Shown: one piece after another, positions 12,236 through 25,070 of the stretch
How positions within the stretch are numbered: position 1 is the stretch's first letter
How the letters are laid out: each line of letters starts with the position of its first letter
NCBI RefSeq assembly: GCF_000143415.4
Contig: NW_003314418.1
Span: forward strand, 72,537 to 136,536
Source: Selaginella moellendorffii
Lineage: Eukaryota; Plantae; Lycopodiophyta
Length of the DNA: 64,000 nucleotides
Direction of reading: 5' to 3'
Translations under genes and position numbers: made by a program
Notes under the pieces: model-generated
Told to the model about the DNA's origin: nothing
Seen by the model: only the letters and a program-made list of their open reading frames with translations
Database searches by the model: none

Positions 12236-15200
12236 TTGGTATAAGAGGAGTTGGTTGCGATGGCCGACCAAGTTGAACGCTGGAATCCTATTGTTGATGG
12301 TGGTGCCAACGATGGTGCCAACAAAGCTGCGGAGATTTGGACCATTCAAGATGTGGTTCATGAGCTGTGAGCCTTTCATCAAAATCAACAAGAATAATGG
12401 CCAATCTTCTTCTCATGGTAAGTCAGATACTAAAAAGTTGCAAACTTTGTAGCGTGAGGATGACGAAAACGACCATTCCGGTCGGAGGAAGAAACTTTTG
12501 ATCGTTGCTCATAAGCTCAACTGTGTGTGGAACAAGATGGAGCTCGAGGATACGCATAAATTAGCTTTAATGCTGAAGGGCGTGTTCTGTGGCGATCTAG
12601 TGCGGATTTTATTGGATAGTGGGAGCGATGACAACTTTGTTTTGGCAAAGTTTGTTGCGGAGCATGGCTTGGTCACACGCGGAGTTCTTCCATACATAGT
12701 GGAAGGTGTAGCTACCTCTGCTCAGCATTTCGATGCTTGTGTCAAGGGGTTGAAAATGTTGGTTGGCAAAACCACACTTGTGGAAACTTTTTATCTTCCG
12801 GATATCCATCGTGTGGATCTCATTCTTAGGATGCCATGGTTGATGAAGGTGGATCCAGAGATAAAGTGGAGTATTAAGCTTATCTCGTTGGAGTATAGTG
12901 GCATTAAAGATGTGTGGTTTGGCAAGGGCATTCAGCCACCAATTGTTATGCTCTTTACTACATCTTTGAAGCGGGCTTGTCATAATGGAAAAACACTTTC
13001 AAGTTACTTGCTATTTGTTCATGACTTGGGGTACCAAAGCACGTGTGGGGGAGAAGTAGCAGTACAGGATGTACTTGATGAGTTTTCTGATGTTTTTCCA
13101 TTTGAAATTCCTCATGGATTGCTTCCGTTACAAGTGTGGAGCATTTTATCTCGCGAAATTTTATCTCGCGGATATCCATCATGTGGATCTCATTTTTGGG
13201 ACACCATGGTTGGTGAAGGTGGATTCAGAGATAAAGTGGAGTATTAAGCGTATCTTGCTAAAGTATGGTGGCGTTAAAGATGTGTGGTTTAGCGAGGGCG
13301 TTCAACCATTAGTTGTTAGGCTCTCTACTACATCTTTGAATTGGGCTTGTCGTAATGGAAAAGCACTTTCGAATTACTGGCTATTTGTTCATGACTTGGG
13401 GGCCCAAGGCATGTGTGGGGAAGAAGCAGCAATATAGGATGTACGTAATAAGTTTTCTGATGTTTTTCCATCTAAACTTCCTAATGGGTTGCCTTTGTTA
13501 TGAGGTGTGGAGCATGGGATTACATTGGAGCCAGGGACACAACCAATTTACCGGCATCCATTTTAGTTAAGTTATGTGGAGGAGCAAGAAGTTCAACGAC
13601 AAGTTAAAGAGTTACTTGAGTTTGGATTTATTCAGCCAAGTAAGTCTCCATTTGGTGCTCCAGTCTTGCTTGTGAAGAAGGACAATTCAATGCAAATGTG
13701 TATTGACTACCACGCTTTGAACAAGAAGACAGTGAAGGATAAGATGCCGATGCCACGTATGGATGATATCCTAGACAAGCTTGGTGAAACACGAGTGTTT
13801 ACCAAGATTGATCTGAGGAGTGGATATCATAAGATTGCAATAGATGATGCATCTATCTCCAAGATGGCATTCAACACAAGCTTCAGACATTTTGAGTTTA
13901 CAGTTATGTCGTTTGGTTTGACGAATGCACCAGCCACATTTATTTGGTTGATAACGGAGGTATTTAGGCGTTATCTTCATGAGTTTGTGGAGATTTTCCT
14001 AGACGATATTCTTGTTTTTAGCAAAAATATGGAGGAGCATAAGGTGCATTTACGCAAGGTTCTTTTATTACTCCGAGATAGCAAACTTTATGCAAAGAAG
14101 AGCAAATATGAATTTGCAAAGTCAGAGGTGGATTATCTAGGCCATATTGTGACATCTAAAGGTGTCAAGATGGATCCAAGGAAGGTGGCTGTGGTGGAAA
14201 ACTTGCCTACACCGACTACAGTGGCCAAGTTGCGCAGTTTTCTTGGTATGGCTAGTTACTACTAACGATTCCAGCATAAGTTTGCAAAAGTGATTATTCC
14301 TTTGACACGGTTGTTACGCAAGAATGTGCCATTTGAGTGGAAGAAGCCACAAGAGGAGAGTTTTGTGGTGCTGAAACGATTGTTGAGCGAGACTTTAGTG
14401 CTTCGCATTGCTGATCCATTGAAACCTTATGAGGTGACATGCAATGCGAGTGGTTATGCATTAGGAGGAGTTCTCATGCAAGAGGGACAGCCTATTGCAT
14501 ATGAGAGTCGAACTTTAAATTCCACAGAGCAACACTATTCCATATATGAGCAAGAGTTACTCTCTATTGTTCATGCTTTGCAGACATGGCGGCACTATCT
14601 TTATGGTGTAGTGTTCGTAGTGTTGATAGATTACAAACCACTTGTGTATCTTTTCACATAGAAGGAGTTGAACACTAGGCAAGCTCGTTGGATGGTCAAA
14701 CTTATGGAATTTTGGGAGTTTCTTATTGAGCATTATTCAGGAAAATCAAATGTGGTGGCAAATGCTTTATCTCATGTTTGCCATGTGATGGCGTTACAAA
14801 CATAGTTTTGTCATCATTTGAGTAAGGTGGTTAGCAAGTTTGAGCAGTTGGTTGAGTATGCTCAGGCTCAAGATGTTGAGGTGGTCTCATTGCAAGCCCA
14901 AATGGAAGCACCTTTTTCATTGGTGAATGGGATTCTTTACTACAATGGCCATGTGTATTTGCCATGGATGGATGCATTAATTATTCAAGTTTTATTCCAC
15001 TATCATGATCGTCCAGAGGCTGATCATTTTGGGGGGAAGAAGACATATGAGTTGATTAAGCATAATTTCTATTGGAAGAATATGAAAGTTGATATCCTTG
15101 AGTACTGTAGGTCATATGAGCTCTATCAATGAGTAAAGGTGATATGGGAGAAGCCAAGGGGACTTTTGCAACCTTTATCTATTCCTCAAACCTATTGGTG

Positions 15201-16204
15201 TAGTATTTCTATGGACTTCATCACTTGTTTGCCACGAACACAGAGGGAAAAGGAGCAAATGTGGGTCATAGTGGATCGTTTGACGAAATATTGTTAGTTG
15301 TTGGCTCTTCGGAAGAGTGTCACTGCTTTAGACTTGGTTGTGGTTTACTTGGAGAAGGTTTTTCTTGATTTTGGTTTGCCAGAAGACATCATTAGTGATC
15401 GAGATTCAAAGTTCACCAGTGGATTTTGGAAAAGCTTTGCAAGGCTATGCAAGACAATTTGAACCTCTCGAGTGGAGATTATCCTTAGACGGATGGTCAA
15501 ACCGAGCGTGTGAATCAGATGGTGGAGGATATGCTATGTTGTAGCATTGGTCAAAGGCAAGGATAATGGGATTTATATCTTCCATTAGTGCAATTTCCTT
15601 ACAACAATAGCCAACACAATGGAACCAAGCTAAGTCTTTACTTTGCCATGTTTGGAAGGCATCCTCTAACAACAGTGGAGTTGGGATTGCATTTGAGTAA
15701 GGACGTTCAAGATAAGCTTGATTCCAAGGCAATTGATCTGGCCACAGAACTTGATGAGATTCTGATGGTGTGCAAATAGAATTTGCAAATAGCTCAGGAT
15801 AGAGCAAAGAAGTTTGCCAATGAGCATCACTAAGTCTAGGAATATAAGGTGGGTGATTTCATCTTTGTGTGATTTTTCCGTCAAGTAAGTGGCGGAAAAC
15901 CTTGGTGCCTTTACGGACAGGGAAGAGTGATAAACTTTCTCATCGATATGCTGGCCCATATGAAGTGCTAGAGCGGATCAGTAAGGCGGCTTATCGGGTG
16001 CGGCTGCCAGTTAGGGTGAAAATTCATCCGATATTTTATGTCAACCAGTTGAAAGGTGTACTACCTCGGAGTGACGGGCCTAATGCCTCCTTGATGTATA
16101 TGGATGTGGAAGATGGACCAAGAGCTTGACCAGGGTTCCCCAGAAAGGGTGATCACCGGTACAACTCGTCCTTGGGACAAGGACTTTGTTGGGGGGGGAA
16201 GAAT

Positions 16205-16437
16205 TGTTAGGTGCCAACTTTGACCACATGGTCAACGTCAGTCAAAGGGAGGCTCAAGGGTATAATAAGGCATGTTAGCGTAAGGGACTTGACCTACCCT
16301 AGGGCTCACAGTGGAGTGGCAGTGTAGTGGAGCTTTTGAGGTAGCTCGGGGGTGGTTGGGTGGTGAGGAACCTCAAGAGGTGGCATAGCATAGTCTAAGG
16401 CGACTAAATCTCTGTCTTTTTGTGCCGGATTATAACA
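16205..16437 (+). repeat. 3' LTR of the nested Gypsy
   Basis: Preceded by the polypurine tract ggggggggaagaa and followed by the TSD copy gactt. Confidence 0.93.
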
Positions 16438-16719
16438 GACTTATAGAATAGTATATAAAGTTTCAACAAATTCAACTCCATTCAAATTAGCTTATGGACT
16501 TGAAGCTTTGACACCACTAGAATATACTGTACCATCCTTGAGAATGGTAATTTAGCTGCAGATTAATCAAGAAGAATCAATCAAAAAAAGATTGGCTATG
16601 CTAGAAAAGTTAGATGAAGAAAGATTATATGCTTTATGGACAATTGAAGCCATACAAACAAGGAGAAAAGCTTATCACGATAGAAAACAGACTATAAAGA
16701 AAACTGATAGATTTGAAGT

Positions 16720-16743
16720 AAGCTCTATTTCGTTAAAGTGGGA
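16720..16743 (+). repeat. Left TIR (24 bp)
   Basis: Exact reverse complement of 34808-34831. Confidence 0.95.
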
Positions 16744-17161
16744 ATTGTCATTATCCCATTTGTAAAATAAGGTTTCCAAACCTTTATATAGTATATAAAT
16801 ATAACAAAATTCAACTGCATTGAGGCACATGCCATTTTATTTTAAACAAGGAAATGTCTACTCAATCACTTCTCCTCCCCCTGCCACTGCTTCACCTCTC
16901 TCTTCTCCTTGTCATCGTCATCCAATTTCTTTCCATCCTTTTAATATTGGCTCAGTTGCTCCGAGTCTAGGTGGAGCCCAAGTCCCCATTCAATCTTTAC
17001 TTTCCCCTTATTAATAAAACAACTTCGTAGACTTCCAATAACATGCTGTAACACTTCTAGTATAATGCAAATCCTCTCAAAGAATTGTCTTTTAATATTA
17101 ATACAATGGCATGGAACCCCATGCCATAATAAGTTACATTTTTAAATAAATACATGCCATC

Positions 17162-18039
17162 TCAGACTGTTATTTTTTGCCTCCAACGCCTATACAATAA
17201 TCTTGGAATTTCATCACTCTCCACACTATCAGGATTTAAACCCAATAGTAATGCCATCTCTTCTCTAATACGTCCACGCTCATGTTCAGTGGTCGAAGAA
17301 CCTATCCGGTTGAGCAGATTATGGAGATGCGGATAGTGCTTGGCTAGACAATATACATGCCATAAATGATGACTGGTGTCTGTCCGATCAAATGGCTTCT
17401 GATATACCGTTCCATCTGCCATTTGGTTGATTTCTGCAGCCACCTCCTGGACTGGCCGGTTCTCTATCACCATCGCTTCAAGCCGTTTTGCAAGGTCCCC
17501 CAGAACATACGGTTTCTTCTCCCTAGTTTCCATACTGCAAGAGATGGGGTGCACTGCATATGTGTGCGTGTTCGCTGCAGTTTTAATTGGTGAGTCATCG
17601 ATGATGAGGATTTCACTTGACCTAGCAGTCCAGTTCATCACTACAGCCTCTGGCTTGACGAAGATGGGCTTGCTACCCCTCACATGGACCATAGTCAAGC
17701 AATCCTCCTGCGTTAGGAGAAAGTCAAATGATAATATTACTCGCGTCTGATCGTCTGTAGCAACGTTAATGCATTGTGGCGCATCATGGATGTCCAAACT
17801 CCCAATTGCAAATTGAACCCGGCCCTCTGTTTTAAGTGTCACATGGTCATTATTAGATCACGCAGTTTCTCCCGTGTGATTAATGTGAATCTGTCTCTTT
17901 TGACCAACTTGCGACTGTAGGCTTTGGAGGGTGCAGTGACATTCGAGGACGAGCCACGCTCATGGGAGAAAAGGACACCGTTCAGATCAAAAACGATACA
18001 GTACTTTCGCCGTGACTCTGAAATGAAATGCGTCAGCAT
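17162..18039 (-). pseudogene. FCP1/NIF-homology HAD-superfamily domain inside the transposon (one stop plus one frameshift)
   Basis: Motifs in order: CIVFDLNGVLF, GVWTSMMRHNA (read through the TGA at 17839-17841), FLLTQEDC...KPIFVK, ILIIDDSPIKTAAN..YAVHP. This is typical of the DLNG-type FCP1-homology family. Confidence 0.8.
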
Positions 18040-18067
18040 AAAAAATGGTACAAGTCAATTTTACCAT

Positions 18068-21000
18068 CTACAATATTAGCAAATGGTGCTCCCGATGGTT
18101 GCTCAGAGGGTTTTGGTTGAGGAAACGTGAAGGGCGGAAATATCTCCTTTGCAATGTGGGGTCAATCGCATCCGATGGCGTGTGGGCACATGCCATTTCA
18201 GCTGTAGACTCTGGTACAACTGGCTCAACAGTGGCATGGGGTGGTTCTGATGGCGTGTGATCACACGCCATTTCAGCTGGTGCCTCCGTTGGCAAAGTGG
18301 ACATGACCGAACAGGCAGCAAGGGCGGTGTAGGGAGGTTCCAACGGCACGTAGTCAGACGATTGGGCACATGTTGAGTCCATTGGAAATGAGGATACGAC
18401 CGGCTCGGCGGCTGGGGCGGCCTCATGCGGGTCCAATGGCACTTGGTCACCGTCAGTTGGATACGTGGACAAGATTGACTCAGTGGTATAGGCAGCATCA
18501 AGTGGAGCGTGGTCAGCTTGCTTGGCGTTGATATGGATAGTAGCCTCCACCAGCTTTGATGACTCTTGCAGGCAAGTAGAGTCCACTGGCGGATCCATAT
18601 GCATGTCCAAATATCTCCCTTCGATTGAGATGGTATCCTCCCTACTGGCTACTAAAAACAAACTCATTAGCACATTGAATCGACTATACTGTATTTACCA
18701 TAAACTGCTATTGGGCGCATTGCTGATTCTGAAGGATTGGACATACGTTTCGACCCTTGCTTGGCACTATCCTTCCTCGACACTAAAGGCTAGAGTTTGT
18801 ATCTTAATTCAACTGAATAATCTCTACTTACCATTTCTTCTGCGACCTACATGAACAATGTTAGAAATGGTAAAAGGTTAGGAATGGATGTACTATTATT
18901 TACCTGATGGTTTGTCTTGTATGACCTTCCTCCGCTGCTCTTTGGCCACCTCAGGCTGGCCATCGTCATCATCATCGTCATCGTTGTTATTGTGATCGTC
19001 ACCATTGTGAGGACCATCCAAGTCCTCTTCGTCCTCCTCTTCTTCATCCTCCTCTTCTTCGTCCTCCTCTTCTTCGTCCTCCTCTTCTTTGTCCTCCTCT
19101 TCGTCCTTCTGCTCTTCCTGCTCATTATCTTTCTCTGGCTCCTCATCCCCCTCCTGCATTTCTTCCATAGGCTGCTCAGGCTGGATGGCTTGTTTTTCCA
19201 GGACCATCTTGGGAAAATCATCTAGCCGAGTCTCCATCTCAAAATACAAGACATCCATAGCCTGCTTCAGTGCTTGACCTAGGACCGTATCCTCACCCGA
19301 CTGTCTTAACATGGTTTCTGCACGTTCTTGCACCCTTCGAAGACGACGAGATGAGAAAAACGTGGCCCTGACTTGAAAAGCATCCCTCATCCATTGTACC
19401 TCTCCATTGAGATTGGGGAAGGGGAGTCCGCCATAGGAATCTGAGTCAGGAGGTGGTGATTGGCTCCTTTCACTCAGCCCTTGATCTGCAATGAATGGCA
19501 TGAGCACACACGCCATAACCGCGAGGCATTACCTATCATCTTTTCGTTGCCCTTCTTCCTTTTCGAATCAAATGCCTCTGATCCCGACGACTGTCCAACG
19601 TGCTTTCGCTTTTTATGACCACTGTCAGTTTGAGCTTGATTGGTGATTGCCTGTTTTGCCTTTGAAGAAGTGTCTCTTGCAAGGAATGGCACGAGACCAC
19701 ACGCCATTGCAAATATAATTTGTACCTCCTTTTTTCCTATTGCTTGTCTGTTTGTCCTTCTTCGACGCGCCACCAGTGCGCTTTTCAGTCCTCATGTCTG
19801 AATATTCACAACGATCTATAATCAAAATGGCGTGAGGCCTCACGTGACCTTACCTTGTGCAGGTTGTGAGCTCGGCCTAACATCAGTAGCTGTTAACGCC
19901 GTTTTAGCATCTGGGGGTGGCCACGCTCCTGCATACAGAGCTTGTGAGATAACATTTAAACTTAAAGTGCATACTCACCAGGTTCGCAGAAAAGATACTG
20001 TTTTTCTTTGGCAACTGTAATTATATGCTCCATTGAAGTCACCTCTTCAATGGAGTTTGTCACCGCAACACACGGGACACCCTTGAGTAGTGCGGCTCGA
20101 AAGAATAGTCCGCCGCAGTTGTACTCAACAATGCATTTGCCCTTGGTGTCACCCGCTATTGCGTTGAAGACCCAGCTGAGCATTTCCCATGCTGCACCTG
20201 GAGCTTTCTTTGGATTCGAAAGCTCCATAGCCGTCTTCAGTTCCTCAGGCACGAGTAAATTGACCTCCCTCAGATCAATTCGATCGGCCTTGTCGAACGA
20301 AGCTGGGAAGTCACTCCAGTCCCACTCTGCTGCAGGACCAATAACAAGGGTGAGTGTGAAGATGCGGACATTCGTCGGTATCTTCTTCTTAGCCATTATC
20401 CCATGTATCTCCCGCATCTCCTTGCCTTTCAACCGAGCCTTCACCTCGTTCAAGGCCTTCCAGAACTTGTGATAGAATTCGGAGTCGTAGATCATATAGT
20501 GGACTGAAGATTCCACCTCCGCAAGTCCCACCATTAAGTCAATGATGGAGTTGACTTCGTCTGCATGAGTAATCTCTTCGTTTGTGAAGTCCATCACACA
20601 AAAGATGTTCTTGACCTGCTCATCTCCGCGGGAAACGATGCTCCTCCACCTTTGATCCTCATCCGAATTCACGTATACCCGGTAAGGTTCTCGATAGGCC
20701 TCTGCTGCGGGGTCGAGCTGTTTCTGAAGCCGACGGTCGACATCCCTCTTAATGAAATTTGGATACTGATCCAACTTCTCAGCTTTACTTTTCGTGGCAT
20801 CCCGCAGCAGATCAATGAACTTGGGGGCCCCCTTCACGTACTCGTCGATCTCTTCATTTGACAAGTCCAGCTCTTCCATCATCTCTTGCGTGGTGTCGAT
20901 GCTCACCCTCTCCACGGCCACTTGCTCGAAGATCCAATCCTTCAATAGCGCATGAGCTCTCAGAGTCGTGCACAAGTAGTCGTATGTCACAATATGGCCG

Positions 21001-22761
21001 GGAGTCATTTTGGTCTTGTTGAAGACTACCTCACCACGTAGAAGAGCATTAGCCACTGTCAGAAGGTCGTCGTCGTCTAGAGACCGCGAGAAACGCAAGG
21101 CGTTGAGCTTCAAATCATTGGGCTTCCGGCTGTCCTCCACACCCATTGAGTTTAGCAACTCCCCGTCATGGTACCTCCTCAGCACATCTACCCATTTGTC
21201 AAAAACAACTTTTGTCGCGAGTAGAATGTTATGGATGCTGAGTGTGTCATTGACCCCCAGTGTTTTCGAGAGAAGACTCGAGAATTCCTGCAATGGAAAT
21301 GGCGTGAGGCCACATGCTATGCCACATGCAACGAGGCTTACCTACCAGGCGCTAGTTGCTAGTGCACGTCCTTGTCCTGGTTTTTGTGGCTTCTTCAGTT
21401 GAACCCAGAGCTTTCGTGTTCGTGCCAATGTCTCGTGCAGACCCGATTTGTAGCACGTTTCTTGCTTGACATTCTGCGCGTGGGAGATGGATATGATAGA
21501 TCGGAGGGGCGAGTTGCCTTTTATCAGCGGACAACTCTTGTCTTGAAGACTTTCTTCACCTCCTCGCCCACCATAATATCCAGAACTATCTCTTGCATCG
21601 CCAAGCTAGAATGCTGCCCGGAGACGGCATAGAACCGGATGTTCTGATCGTCCAACACCTTCCTATTGATCAAGTTTGGAAACCTCGTCTCGCCCTTCAT
21701 TGTTTGGTAGTAGGGGATCACGTCTGCGATGTCGGGTGTTACTGGACTTGCCAGCATCTTCTGCTTCAGTTTCTCCACCCACTCATCAGATACTAGCCTG
21801 TGGTTGTATTTGCTTTGGATGTCGATACGGCTCACGTCGATTGTATATACTTTGTTGGAATAGTAACAAGTACTATTATCTGCGACGATTTTTGCTGCCT
21901 CTTCTTGCTCTTTCTGCTCTTTGCGGCTCTTCTTTTTGGTGGGTGTAGTGTTCGAACTCGAGGCAATGGCATCACCGAGTAGCTTCTTTTTTGGAGCAGC
22001 AGAGTCGGACGTCGGCTTGAGCTTGACCACCCTTTTCTGCTTCGGGGTAGTTTCCAGATCGACCCCCTTCCCCTTCGCTTCGCGAACTGGAGGCACTCTC
22101 AACGGCTCAATGTTGGAATATAGTTTTTGAACATCGCCGTAGGTGAGGTCTGTGGATTCCATGTGATCTTCATAGACCCGCAGCGTCTTTGAAATTGTGG
22201 GCCTCCTGGACAACCTCTCCCTAGCTCCCTCTAGGAATTCCTCATAGCCGCTGCCCCTCTCCGGGAAGCCGCTAGGATGTGCAAGGTGGATCTTGAAGGC
22301 GGATGCTGTCTCTACCACAAGTGCCAGTCCATATTCTTGCATGGAATTGCATGGAGTGTCTGTCACTTGGATGAGGATCCCCATGCATTCTTTTCTCCCA
22401 CCATCTGTGTTGTACAGCATCAGATCCTCGCCTTCCATCCCGAAATTCCAACTGGTGAGCTCCTCCCCCTTCTCTGCATCCACATTGACAGTGGCTGGAA
22501 GAAGAACGCAATTCCTCGCCTGTTCAGAAATGCACAACAATTAGAGCTGACAGATGAAAAGCTAGCAGCTGGAAATAACGTGAGGCCACACGCCATTCAC
22601 CACTGCATCAGATGTCTTGAGGCTGCATCCTAAGATGGCGTGAGGCTACACGCCATCTGTAACCGGACTGCACTCGAGAGCCCAATCGGTGCATGCCAAT
22701 GTTGCTACTGAATGGCATGTGGCCTCATGCCATTTTCTACTTGGCCTAAAAGACTTACCAT
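18068..22761 (-). pseudogene. Multi-exon transposon accessory gene: ParB/DGQHR-like domain, degenerate MTase-like segment, acidic low-complexity tract; may continue into the FCP1-like exon
   Basis: ATG at 22759-22761 directly precedes a GTAAGT donor. GT-AG introns join the ORFs at 21524-22540, 19962-21293 and 18896-19516 in frame, with small exons between. There is a 1-bp frameshift near 21526 and a probable CAG>TAG at the donor near 21344. Confidence 0.7.
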
Positions 22762-23149
22762 TTGAAGCCGAATGGAGACCGTGACAATCGAGGCCGGACT
22801 CGCTGGCGAATGTGCACTGTGTGTGCAGCGGATCGTAGCAGCAAGGCTACTCTACCACTTACAGTTGGAGAGTGGCACTGAAATCTCCCGGGACGCCAAG
22901 TGGGCTGCGTGTGGGTGGCGGAGTGGGTGGCGGAGTTGGCGGCGAAGTTACAAACTGGGTGTGTCTTGAAGTGGACGCCGATGCACACGAGCGCGATGCG
23001 AGCGCGAGTGTGATGCAAGCGCGAGTGGACGCCGATGCACACGAGAAACCTGTAGAGAAGTGAGCGTGATCGCGAGTGGGAGCGCGAGTGTGATGCGAGC
23101 GCGAGCGCGAGTACGAAGCAAAATGCAAAACCTAACCTCACACGCGCGA

Positions 23150-25070
23150 AATGTCACAACGGTTGGTAATCCCGCCACGTCATCATTCCTCGGACTTGGG
23201 CGCCACCATTAATTTCTGGATTGCCGCGCGCATGCAAGCACGCAAAATCCAAAAGAAATCCACAACGTCATCATTCCTCGGACTGCATGCACGCGAAATC
23301 CAAAAGAAAGATCATGATTGGGATATCATTTAATACCCTTGCTATATTTATACCATGCATGATTGGATATTCCAAAGCATCTTGTATTTCCAAAAATGGC
23401 AGATGTTCAGCTAAATAAAGAAATTCTATCTGTTTCTATTTTTCTCTCAAATCAATATTATAGCGTGTGGGCTCATGCAATTTTGAACCAAAGAAACCCA
23501 AAAAACGTTGAACCCAAAATATTTTGAAAAAACCCAAAAAACCCTAAACATTTTAAACCCAAAAATCCAGGCGTCTTGTGGCGTTATTCCTTGAATGGCG
23601 TGTGGGCGCATGCCATTTTCAGGGCCAAATGCTGAATGGAGAAAAATTCCCTTTCAGTGCAAATGCTGCAAGAGGCAGATGCCGAGCACAAAGGACTGTA
23701 ACTACCTCACATGACACAGATAAACTTTTCTCTATTTGGCAAAGATAAACTTTATAGCGTGTGGGCTCATGCAATTTTGAACCCAAAAAATGCACCAAAA
23801 AATTCTCGGCGTCATCTGGCGTTATCTCTTGAATGGCGTGGGGCCGCATGCCATTTTCAGGGGCACATAGGAGTATATTCCTAGGATATTCTGACACGCA
23901 CGAGATTTTTTTGAGTTTTTTGGAGATCCAACCGTTAGATCGCAACTAGATTTTACAGAATGGTATACAATGTCTTTCTTGATGACCCTGCAAAGAAGCA
24001 TCTCGATCGGACACCACATGAGACCACACGAGCCTTACAATGTTTCAGGGGCATTTGCCATAGATCCGACTGTTATTTTGCTCCAAGATTTTACAGTTTG
24101 GTGTGCATTGACCTTTCCATCGACACTGCAAAGGGACATCACAATCAGATGTGGGATCACAAGAAACTAACTTCACTAACTCTGGTTTCACCAAGATGTA
24201 CGTAAGGAGTTATGAAATGAAAGGACCCTCTCTATTGAAATATGTTTATGGTCCTAGGGGCATTGTGACATATCAAAGGATTTTGCATCAAGTTCTGTAT
24301 TTGCATGTTTATCAAGCTACTGAATTGCTAAACCCTAAACCCTAAACCCTAAACCCTAAACATGTGGCAAATGCTGCGTGAAGAAAGATGCCCCTTCTGG
24401 GCAAATGCTGTAAGACGCAGATGCCGAGCAGATGTATCTCAGGCTAGCGAAGGGGACAAATGAAAGCTAGCTATAAACATGATGGGATGCAAATAGATTA
24501 TTAGGCTGGTCCTACGAAAATCAAAAACCATAATTGAAAACATTGAAAATGCAAAAAGAAAGGTTTATAATATTTTTGAATTTTAAGCAACCAAAGGAAT
24601 GTAAGTAGGGCATGTGTTTGTAAGTTTAAAAATGCCTCAACCACTTAAATTCAGAAGTAAATAAAGCTGTTTCTATTTTTGGTACAGGTAAACTTTATAG
24701 CATGTGGGCTCATGCAATTTTGAACCCAAAAATGCACCAAAAAATGCTCGACTAGCATTATTCTTTGAATGGCGTGTGGCCTTATATTGCCATAAATGGA
24801 CGTACACACAGAGCATAATTATTCCTTTACACGGCGAATAATCTTGGCGCGGATCGCTGACATGGTATGGCAAAGTTCGAATCACTGACATGGCACAGCT
24901 GGATCGAGGCAAGGACATGATGTGACAAAGTTCAACCTCCGACAGCAAAGTCTAGAAGCTACTCAGTTTGAAATTTGTCAAAGGAGTCATAAGATCTGGT
25001 TTGTCAGAGGATTTGATGTGACATTCAAGCGTGTGTTATTTTTGAATTCTCGAACTCATTCCTAGGTCTA
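23150..25070. promoter_or_regulatory. Putative bidirectional control region between the divergent accessory and transposase genes
   Basis: Flanked by GC-rich low-complexity leaders (~22890-23150 and ~25080-25300). Contains three related ~100-160 bp blocks (~23455, ~23750, ~24690), each with paired palindromes, plus cgtcatcattcctcggact twice and a telomeric tract. Confidence 0.45.
24328..24360 (+). repeat. Interstitial plant telomeric repeat (CCCTAAA)4
   Basis: ctaaa followed by 4 x ccctaaa. The duplicate at 29068-29086 has 2 units. Confidence 0.9.

Larger units (their letters stand above)
12003..16437 (+). mobile_element. Ty3/Gypsy LTR retrotransposon (chromovirus-like pol, gag largely missing) nested in the host integrase
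   Basis: 233-bp LTRs at 12003-12235 and 16205-16437 (TG...CA). PBS tggtataagag at 12237, PPT at 16191-16204, TSD GGCTT/GACTT. Protease LLDSGS, RT (PFGAPVLLVKK, FLDDIL), RNase H and integrase with GPY module, all disrupted. Confidence 0.93.

Noticed and set aside
18847-19277. K/R-rich and hydrophobic ORFs overlapping the acidic tract
   Set aside because: Alternative-frame and antisense shadows of the GAG/GAA/GAC repeat in the accessory gene.
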